A program made the translations under genes and the position numbers. From an uncultured Candidatus Saccharibacteria bacterium (GTDB lineage: Bacteria; Patescibacteriota; Saccharimonadia; UBA4664; CAZJNH01), in NCBI GenBank assembly GCA_964547425.1, contig CAZJNH010000002.1, positions 1,028-65,027 of the forward strand: DNA of 64,000 nucleotides, in the 5' to 3' direction. The notes beneath the pieces were generated by a model that saw nothing but the letters and a program-made list of their open reading frames with translations, made no database searches and was not told the origin of the DNA. Positions 57,661-64,000 of the stretch are shown here, one piece after another. How positions within the stretch are numbered: the stretch's first letter is position 1; every line of letters starts with the position of its first letter.

Positions 57661-58233
57661 ATGCGAAAAATAAATCTGGCGGTTTTGGTGTCGGGAACCG
57701 GCTCCTTGCTGGAGGCGATGATCGAGGATGGACTCGAGATTGCTCTAGTTGCCGCCGACCGGGAGTGTAAAGGGTTGGAAATTGCCAAAAAAGCCGGTAT
57801 TCCTGCCGAATTGGTGCTACGCACGAGTTTCAAAAAAGACTTCGACCGCGAAGCCTATACTCGGCAGATGGTTGAGGTGCTCCAAAAATACGACATCGGC
57901 CTGGTCGCCATGGCTGGGTTTATGACGGTGTTTGCGCAACCGATGTTCGACGCTTTCCCGCATCGGGTACTTAACTCACACCCAGCTCTTTTGCCGAACT
58001 ACAAAGGGGCGCACGCGGTGCGCGACGCGCTGGCGGATGGGGCAAAGGTGACCGGAACGACGATTCATATTGCCAGCCTCGAGGTCGACCACGGCCGGAT
58101 CTTGGCTAAGAAAGAGGTCGAAATTCGTCCGGACGACACCGAGGAAACCCTGCACGAGAGGATCAAGATCGAGGAGCGCAAGCTTTATCCGCAGGCTATC
58201 CGCAAAATTATGGACGAGCTAGGGGCGAAGTAA
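57661..58233 (+). CDS. purN: phosphoribosylglycinamide formyltransferase
   Basis: VLVSGTGSLLEA and NSHPALLP formyltransferase motifs. Confidence 0.85.
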   Translation: MRKINLAVLVSGTGSLLEAMIEDGLEIALVAADRECKGLEIAKKAGIPAELVLRTSFKKDFDREAYTRQMVEVLQKYDIGLVAMAGFMTVFAQPMFDAFPHRVLNSHPALLPNYKGAHAVRDALADGAKVTGTTIHIASLEVDHGRILAKKEVEIRPDDTEETLHERIKIEERKLYPQAIRKIMDELGAK

Positions 58234-58343
58234 GCCCCTGGCTCGTTTACCCCAAACAGCTTAAGTTTGTTTGACTTAGTGGCCTACCAGATATTATGCT
58301 GGTGTTATAATCTGTAAACTAAATAGGAAAGGAACTTGTCTTA

Positions 58344-58559
58344 ATGCAACCAGACGAAAACAACACTCAAGTGCCCGGTACCGACCCTAACGCCACCCCG
58401 GCCGCTCCGGCCACCGATGGTGGAATGGGTGCTCCTGCTCTTGCCCCGGAAGCCCCTGCTGACGGTGGAATGGGCGCACCGGCTCCGGCCGATGGTGGAA
58501 TGGGCGCTCCTGCCCCGGCCCCAGAGGGAACCCCTCCGGCCGACGACCACCAAGTCTAA
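58344..58559 (+). CDS. acidic Pro/Ala-rich peptide with three DGGMGAP repeats
   Basis: RBS AGGAAAGGA; repeats visible in the DNA (GAYGGTGGAATGGGYGC x3); followed by a shared terminator. Confidence 0.45.
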   Translation: MQPDENNTQVPGTDPNATPAAPATDGGMGAPALAPEAPADGGMGAPAPADGGMGAPAPAPEGTPPADDHQV

Positions 58560-58569
58560 TTTGTAGACA

Positions 58570-58612
58570 AAACGAAAAAGCCCCCGGAATTAATCTTCCA
58601 GGGGCTTTTCGA
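58570..58612. terminator. bidirectional rho-independent terminator
   Basis: AAAAAGCCCCCGGAATTAATCTTCCAGGGGCTTTTCG shared by the convergent genes. Confidence 0.75.
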
Positions 58613-58625
58613 TTTCGAGTTTCAC

Positions 58626-59798
58626 TTACTGAGCCGTCAGGCGGTGCAGCCTCGGCGGCAGCCAAATTGGCTCCAACCTGTCCCGCATAACGGCTTGTAC
58701 TGCTTCGGCGGCTTTCCTCGCGTTGGACTTCTTTTTGTCCTTGTTCATCACCAGAAATGCCTTGCCGAGTTCTTTCAAATGTGGGCTCATCTTCCGGTTG
58801 AGCTCCCGGTACAAAGGGAGCTCAAGCCCGTTGACGTTGCGGACCACATCGGTGATACCGGTCTGGTACTTCTGGTAAAGCTCCGGCTCGCGCTTCAGCA
58901 GGCTCATGCAATCATCGAGCCAGTGATAGAGCTTCTCCGCCGTTAAAGCTTTCAGCGCAGCCAGGTATACCGCCTCCGACTCCGGATTTTCACGCAAAAG
59001 ACTGCGAATCCAGTTGGCAGCGTGCCATTCCGGCTTCACCATCAGTTCCAAATCGCGGTAGATACCCCTGGAACGCTCCGTCGTAGGCGGTTGCAGCAAC
59101 CGAGTTTCGATGTGGGCCAGGACATGTTCCAACTTCCCGTTGAACTCGCGGAACGCGACCTGGTTCTTCCGGTTGGCCGACTTGGTCTTTTCATTGACCT
59201 GTTGCTGCCGGCCAATCCGCTGTTCGGCTGCCCTAAGGCTGACTCCGGACGCCTGGGGATTGACCCGTCCGGTCACATCCTTAAAGTCCCGATGGGCATT
59301 AACCCGGTCGCCGGCGTCTAGAAGCCAGGGACTGTCAGCGTCTCCCAGTACCTCACCTACTTGACCGAGCCAGTACTGATCGTATTCGATCTCAGCCGCA
59401 TCGAGATTCCTCCAATTAGCGGAATCCTCGACTCCCTTGTCGATTACGGCCAGCATGTCATCGAGGCGCTGCTCGCTGGCCGCCCGACTATCTGGTAAGT
59501 GGTCGAACAGGAAGCGCCGCAGCGTGTGTCTGGTGTACGTTGCCCTTTCGTAATGGCGCGGCACCTCGTCGTTCGGCCCCAATGGCTTCGCCGCGCGACC
59601 TCTCTGGTTGTGATTACGCGGCGTTTTGATCTCGCCGACTGCCGTGATATTGACCGCTATCGACACGTCGTAAATGACGTACCAATTCAGGCCGGCTGGG
59701 GTGACCTTGACCATCCGCCACCTGAGTTCTGGATCGTACTCAGGCAAAAACCCCATCTTGCCGGCAAAACGGCCGGCTTTGACCGGTTGACTTAGCAT
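58626..59798 (-). CDS. hypothetical protein (390 aa, Arg/Trp-rich, higher GC than surroundings)
   Basis: Long uninterrupted ORF; no motif recognised; composition atypical for the window. Confidence 0.4.
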   Translation of the reverse strand: MLSQPVKAGRFAGKMGFLPEYDPELRWRMVKVTPAGLNWYVIYDVSIAVNITAVGEIKTPRNHNQRGRAAKPLGPNDEVPRHYERATYTRHTLRRFLFDHLPDSRAASEQRLDDMLAVIDKGVEDSANWRNLDAAEIEYDQYWLGQVGEVLGDADSPWLLDAGDRVNAHRDFKDVTGRVNPQASGVSLRAAEQRIGRQQQVNEKTKSANRKNQVAFREFNGKLEHVLAHIETRLLQPPTTERSRGIYRDLELMVKPEWHAANWIRSLLRENPESEAVYLAALKALTAEKLYHWLDDCMSLLKREPELYQKYQTGITDVVRNVNGLELPLYRELNRKMSPHLKELGKAFLVMNKDKKKSNARKAAEAVQAVMRDRLEPIWLPPRLHRLTAQ

Positions 59799-59945
59799 TT
59801 ATTCACCTCTCAAGGTTCGGGGTGCTCGAAACCGAGCAGTACAAAGTAACAGATTTTGGAAAAAAAGGAAAGCAAAAGCCCCTAGAATTCAGGGACTTTT
59901 GCTAGCCGTTTTGGCGGTGTTACAAAAGCTTGTTTCTAGGGGCCG

Positions 59946-60356
59946 TTAGGCCACGGTCTGCCCAATCCGTACGGTCTTCATGATCGTGATAATCTTGACG
60001 GACTCGTACGGTAGGTTGAGCTTTCGCTCAACTCTTCGGCAGATATGCCGGTGGATCTGGAGCCGACGAGTGAGCGCGGCTTGGGATCGGGAGTTCTGGG
60101 TAGCCAACCCGATCTTGACGCCATCGAGCTCAATACTCGTTACCCAGCCGGTGTCGGTCAGGACGGTGACCTCGTAAAGGCGGTTTCGCCTTAGATCATC
60201 GCCTTTGAGAGCCTCGGCTCGCTCTTCGAACTGACGCTCATACCTCTCGGTCTGAACAATCATTCTTTCGATCCCCTCGGCGACCTGGCCACAATTCCAG
60301 CAATCTTCACCGAAGGTAGTTTCTGCTCCACAAACCGGACAGTCAACAGAGTACAT
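59946..60356 (-). CDS. N-terminal zinc-ribbon (CPVCG..CWNCG) protein of unknown function
   Basis: 136 aa; sits upstream of the 390-aa gene on the same strand. Confidence 0.4.
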   Translation of the reverse strand: MYSVDCPVCGAETTFGEDCWNCGQVAEGIERMIVQTERYERQFEERAEALKGDDLRRNRLYEVTVLTDTGWVTSIELDGVKIGLATQNSRSQAALTRRLQIHRHICRRVERKLNLPYESVKIITIMKTVRIGQTVA

Positions 60357-60457
60357 TTAAGACTCCTTGATCAGGGGAAAGGTACGATTAACAGGAGAGA
60401 TTCTAGCATAATCACCTAAACCTGTCAATACCGCTTAAGCTTCCCCAACCTGATAAT

Positions 60458-60528
60458 TCCAAACCTTGTATTTTCCCTATCTGTTAAGGGTGTAACCCTT
60501 TTCAGGTTAGAGAAATACATGTTTTTGG
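60458..60528. repeat. REP-like palindromic element, family 2 (copy E, inverse orientation relative to copy D)
   Basis: CCAAACCTTGTATTTTCCCTATCTGTTAAGGGTGTAACCCTTTTCAGGTTAGAGAAATACATGTTTTTGG. Confidence 0.85.
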
Positions 60529-60599
60529 TGCTGGTCAAAGTAAGCATAAGGGGTATATATTGATATGTAGACGGGACGATGTAGCACCTTGAGGAGGCG

Positions 60600-61652
60600 A
60601 TGGGGGTGCGCAGACACAAGCGTAGACGCAGGTTGCGGTGGCTGATTCTGGCTGGACTGGCTCTACTGGGAGCAGCGCCGGCCGAGGCCGACTCACCGGT
60701 CTTCAATCAGAAGGTGTTGATGCCGGGGGTGAAGGTGTTTCAGTACAAATCTTCGGCGATAGCCCAACCAAACCTGGTGCACGTCGCCGAGGTGGATAAG
60801 AGCGCCCCGGTGGAGTGGAAGGTGGTTTCGCTTGGCATAAAGACCCCGGTCAGCGACCTCTGCCGTTTGAGTCATTGCCTGGTCGGGGCGAACGCGGGCT
60901 TTTTTAAGCCGAACGGACAGCCGGTACCTGGATCCAACTCTCAAGTCCAGCAGCTTCTGGGCCTGAGCGTTCCGGGTATTGGTCCGGGCACGGCGATCCT
61001 GCTGAAGGGCGGCAGATCCGCTAGCTTCGCGCCGGATGGCAGCTTCACCGACGTGAGGCATCCGCGTACCATCGTTTGCGATCGGCCAAACAGCCGGTTA
61101 CTGGTAACGGTCGATGGCCGCCAACCGGGCAGCCGCGGTATTAATCTGGACGAAGCCTCAGTTTTGGCCAAAAGCCTGGGCTGCGTCTGGGCGGTGAACT
61201 TCGACGGCGGCGGTTCGACAACGCTGGCCGTTCAGGGCGGCAAAGTCGTGAACCATCCGGTTGGCACGCTGGTGAAACGCGCTGGGGTCGTGATAGCGGT
61301 TGACGGAGTGCGGCGAGGCGATATCGTCTTGAAGCAGTACGTGCCGGTGCCGGTCGCGAACGCGCTGGTCGCCGTATCGAAACCGCAGTCGGCACAGGTC
61401 ATGGCCAAGACAGTAGCTAAGCCCGTGATGCCGGTAAACGCGATCCTTGGAGGCAAGGTTGCCGAGTCGGCTTTGCCTCAGCGCTTGAAGGCGCGGCCTG
61501 CCAGCCATCACGGTTCAGGGAGTCTGAAGTGGCTGGCAGCTATGAGCGTTTTGGCGGCCTACTTCAGTGGGCTGACAGTTCAGCGCCAGATCAAACGAAA
61601 AGCCGGTCCGCCATCAGGCGGATCGGCTTTCGCGTTTTTTAAGTTGTCATGA
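60600..61652 (+). CDS. secreted DUF2233/phosphodiester-glycosidase-like protein
   Basis: Arg-rich signal peptide; NAGFFKPNG and NFDGGGSTTL segments resemble the DUF2233 family; GC about 62%. Confidence 0.45.
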   Translation: MGVRRHKRRRRLRWLILAGLALLGAAPAEADSPVFNQKVLMPGVKVFQYKSSAIAQPNLVHVAEVDKSAPVEWKVVSLGIKTPVSDLCRLSHCLVGANAGFFKPNGQPVPGSNSQVQQLLGLSVPGIGPGTAILLKGGRSASFAPDGSFTDVRHPRTIVCDRPNSRLLVTVDGRQPGSRGINLDEASVLAKSLGCVWAVNFDGGGSTTLAVQGGKVVNHPVGTLVKRAGVVIAVDGVRRGDIVLKQYVPVPVANALVAVSKPQSAQVMAKTVAKPVMPVNAILGGKVAESALPQRLKARPASHHGSGSLKWLAAMSVLAAYFSGLTVQRQIKRKAGPPSGGSAFAFFKLS

Positions 61653-61659
61653 GGCTTTT

Positions 61660-61824
61660 CTAGATTTGCCGCCGATCCGCCCGATTTTCGACATGTGGTC
61701 GCGGTTCTTACTTACAGCGGTTCCGCCCTTACGTCCGATTTCAGCGAAAAAAGTCGCCCCGTGCCTTTTGGCGGTGGCCTGCCCGCCTCTTTTACCGGCC
61801 TCGCTCCGATTCATTTTTGCCAAA
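61660..61824 (-). CDS. KGG-repeat general stress protein (YciG-like), 54 aa
   Basis: MNRSEAGKRGGQATAKRHGATFFAEIGRKGG.. on the minus strand; missed by the ORF track because of the size cutoff; AGGAGG upstream. Confidence 0.55.
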
Positions 61825-61915
61825 TCACACCTCCTTACTCAACCTAAACTACCATTCCGGCAGGCTCACCGCGTCGTCTAAGTTCCAAAAATAGTGGCTT
61901 GCGCGTTGCGGTAGA

Positions 61916-62176
61916 ATGGTAGTAATGACTAAAGTTAAGATCTACACCACTTCAACCTGCGCCTACTGCCGAGCCGAAAAGGCGTTTTTTGATGCCAAAG
62001 GCGTCAAATACGAGGAGGCACACGCCGATACCGACGTCGAAGCGGCCAAGGAGATGATCGCGATTTCGGGCCAGATGGGTGTGCCGTTTACGGTGATCAC
62101 CCACGACGACGGACACCAGGTCGGAATCCTCGGTTTCGACCAACCGCGGCTGTCGGCTGAACTTGGTTTGAAATGA
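61916..62176 (+). CDS. glutaredoxin-like (NrdH-type) redoxin
   Basis: CAYC active site in the KIYTTSTCAYCRAEK context; 86 aa. Confidence 0.7.
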   Translation: MVVMTKVKIYTTSTCAYCRAEKAFFDAKGVKYEEAHADTDVEAAKEMIAISGQMGVPFTVITHDDGHQVGILGFDQPRLSAELGLK

Positions 62177-63105
62177 AAACGGCTGACCTGGCGATTATCG
62201 GCGCCGGACCAGCCGGATTGGCGGCGGCGATTTATACTTCGCGGGAAGACATTCAAACCATTGTCCTGGAACGCGACGTGATTAGCGGGGGCTTGGCTTC
62301 GCAAACGGCCGTTATCGATAATTACCCCGGTTTTCCAGATGGCATCGATGGTCCGGAATTAGGCGAAAAGCTAGCCGCCCAGGCCAAACGCTTCGGCGCC
62401 GAAATTATTACCGGCCAAACGGTTGAATCTATTGCCTCAAACGCCGGAAAACCTCTTGTTTCAACCAGCAGCGAGCAGTATCAGGCCAAAGCCGTCTTAA
62501 TCGCTACCGGCAACCACTATCGCCGGCTCGGTATTCCGAACGAACAAGAATTAACCGGCCGCGGCGTACATTACTGCGCGACCTGTGACGGCCCGCTTTA
62601 CCGCGACAAAAAACTGGCGGTGGTCGGCGGCGGCAACTCGGCGATGCAAGAAGGGTTATTTTTAACCAAATTCGCCACTCACATCGACCTGCTGGTTCGC
62701 GGCGACAAATTGAAAGGGACCGAACTGCTAATCGAGCAAGTCCAGAAGAATCCTAAAATTACCGTCCACTACCAAACCGAAGTAACAGCGCTGACCGGCG
62801 ACAAAATGCTAAGCGGTGTCTCCGTCACCAATAAGACTAACGACCAATCGTCTCCGCTCGAAGTCGATGGTGTCTTCGTCTTTATAGGGCTAGTGCCGAA
62901 CACCGATTGGCTGCAGGGCATACTCAAACTCGATCCGCAGGGTTTTATCGTTACCGACGAGAACTTTCAAACCAGTTTACCAGGAGTGTTTGCTGCGGGC
63001 GATGTGCGGGCAGGTTCAACCTACCAGATCGCCAGCGCCACCGGTGAAGCCGTTAGCGCCGCGTTAGTAATCCGCAAATACCTGGAAGAAAACCCCGCAA
63101 AATAG
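62173..63105 (+). CDS. trxB: thioredoxin-disulfide reductase
   Basis: FAD motif GAGPAG, redox-active CATC, NADPH motif GGGNSA. Confidence 0.9.
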   Translation: MKTADLAIIGAGPAGLAAAIYTSREDIQTIVLERDVISGGLASQTAVIDNYPGFPDGIDGPELGEKLAAQAKRFGAEIITGQTVESIASNAGKPLVSTSSEQYQAKAVLIATGNHYRRLGIPNEQELTGRGVHYCATCDGPLYRDKKLAVVGGGNSAMQEGLFLTKFATHIDLLVRGDKLKGTELLIEQVQKNPKITVHYQTEVTALTGDKMLSGVSVTNKTNDQSSPLEVDGVFVFIGLVPNTDWLQGILKLDPQGFIVTDENFQTSLPGVFAAGDVRAGSTYQIASATGEAVSAALVIRKYLEENPAK

Positions 63106-63168
63106 CTTGCCCGTACCCGTTAGACATGCTAAATTTAGCTGCGACTCATTAAGTTTCCGGAGTTATTT

Positions 63169-64000
63169 TTGTTTAATTTCAGCGCTATTAATTTAGCTCA
63201 TTTAGCCGCCGTCGTTGCCATTCTTTACGCCGTGCGCAGCATGGTTAAAGTTCTCAAAACTCCGGCCGGCAGCCCAAAAATGAAGGAAATCGCCGCCGCC
63301 ATTCAAGAAGGCGCCGCGGCATATTTGGCCCGCCAGTATCGGGTTGTGGCATCAATCGCGGTGATCGTTGGGGCTATTTTGATCTGGGCTTTTGGCTGGC
63401 GAACCGGGGTTGGATTTGGAATCGGGGCGGCTTTTTCAGCGGTTGCCGGGTATTTGGGCATGTTTGTGGCTGTTCGAGCAAACGCCAGAACGGCTGAAGC
63501 GGCCAAGAAGGGTATGCCCGACGCTTTTGGCTTAGCCTTCAGAGCCGCGACGGTTACCGGAATGTTGGTTGTCGGACTGGGATTACTAGCAGTTAGCGGC
63601 TTCTGGGCAGTCTTCCATGATATTCGAGCGATTATTGGCCTAGGTTTCGGCGCCAGCCTAATTTCAGTGTTTGCCCGGCTGGGCGGCGGAATCTTCACTA
63701 AAGGTGCCGATGTGGGTGCCGACCTGGTTGGCAAAGTTGAGGCTGGAATCCCCGAGGACGACCCGCGCAATCCGGCGGTGATCGCCGACAATGTAGGAGA
63801 TAACGTCGGAGACGTAGCCGGAATGGCCGCCGACTTGTTCGAAACCTATGCAATTACACTCGTAGCTGCCATGTTGCTGGGCTCACTGATTTTTCCAGGC
63901 CAAACCGAACCCCTGCTTTATCCATTACTGATGGGCGCGGCAGCTATCGTCGGTTCGGTGATTGGTTTCGGCTTCGTCAAGGTCACCAAAAAAGGCAACA
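63169..64000 (+). CDS. hppA: K+/H+-translocating pyrophosphatase (N-terminal part; runs off the window end)
   Basis: N-terminal TM1 then [22 protein letters not shown] and [28 protein letters not shown] signature; probable TTG start at 63169. Confidence 0.8.
   Translation, partial: MFNFSAINLAHLAAVVAILYAVRSMVKVLKTPAGSPKMKEIAAAIQEGAAAYLARQYRVVASIAVIVGAILIWAFGWRTGVGFGIGAAFSAVAGYLGMFVAVRANARTAEAAKKGMPDAFGLAFRAATVTGMLVVGLGLLAVSGFWAVFHDIRAIIGLGFGASLISVFARLGGGIFTKGADVGADLVGKVEAGIPEDDPRNPAVIADNVGDNVGDVAGMAADLFETYAITLVAAMLLGSLIFPGQTEPLLYPLLMGAAAIVGSVIGFGFVKVTKKGN

Noticed and set aside
58344-58559. Tandem DNA repeats considered as a possible CRISPR or minisatellite
   Set aside because: The three repeat units lie in-frame inside a small ORF with an RBS and terminator. 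They have no spacer/repeat regularity and there are no cas genes, so they are protein-coding amino-acid repeats.
61666-61881. Plus-strand 71-aa ORF
   Set aside because: The opposite strand encodes a clear KGG-repeat stress protein with an RBS; the plus-strand product is Pro/Leu-rich with no start context.
63303-63791. Minus-strand 162-aa ORF
   Set aside because: It lies antisense within the H+-pyrophosphatase gene, whose frame carries the diagnostic PPase motifs.

Overview
This window is a 64 kb, roughly 52-55% GC, densely coding bacterial chromosome segment, and nearly every gap between genes is under 150 bp. Basis for the calls: gene calls come from reading the six-frame ORF track against motifs I recognise, and RNA, repeat and terminator calls come from reading the DNA directly. 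No searches or computations were run. Coordinates of features I derived by hand may be off by 1-2 nt.

Gene content is mostly housekeeping and cell envelope. The housekeeping set is pgk, tpiA, pcrA/uvrD, rsmA, metG, tatD, a cysteine desulfurase, mnmA, a short alaS, ftsA, ruvX, mltG, obg, murF, leuS, rpmF, nusB, rnc, rpsP, trmD, sodA, a DEAD-box helicase, purN, trxB and the 5' part of an H+-pyrophosphatase. The envelope set is an RpfB-like protein, a LysM-CHAP protein, a YkwD/CAP protein, an L,D-transpeptidase, a class-A beta-lactamase-like protein, a pilin-like protein and many small secreted or membrane proteins. The short AlaRS and MetRS, the S16 with a long acidic tail and the abundance of small secreted proteins are consistent with a small-genome Patescibacteria/CPR-like bacterium; that is an inference, not a demonstrated fact.

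RNA genes are tRNA-Ala(CGC) on the plus strand, tRNA-Ala(GGC) on the minus strand and tRNA-Gln(CUG) on the plus strand. There is also a disrupted tRNA-Ala-like locus whose two pieces flank a GIY-YIG gene.

Mobile and repeat content consists of two IS200/IS605-type (RAYT-like) HuH transposase genes, each flanked by its own family of palindromic REP-like repeats. One family has five copies across the window; the other has a nested REPIN-like palindrome and a solo copy.

The observations I rank highest are:
- leuS carries an intact NUDIX domain inserted where the leucyl-specific domain normally sits.
- An anticodon-less tRNA-Ala-like gene with the G3:U70 alanine identity pair is split by a GIY-YIG endonuclease gene plus a tRNA-Ala gene, bounded by a 29-nt direct repeat.
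- A cytochrome P450, a flavodoxin-like reductase and a cupin are clustered next to a free-standing DUF2156 aminoacyl-tRNA-dependent transferase domain.
- A small transmembrane peptide, an M50-like HExxH membrane protease and an ABC exporter form a candidate peptide processing and export module.
- A high-GC cassette at 58.3-61.7 kb holds a DGGMGAP-repeat peptide, two proteins of unknown function and a DUF2233 protein, with a REP copy inside it.

No CRISPR array, rRNA, restriction-modification or recognisable toxin-antitoxin genes were seen.
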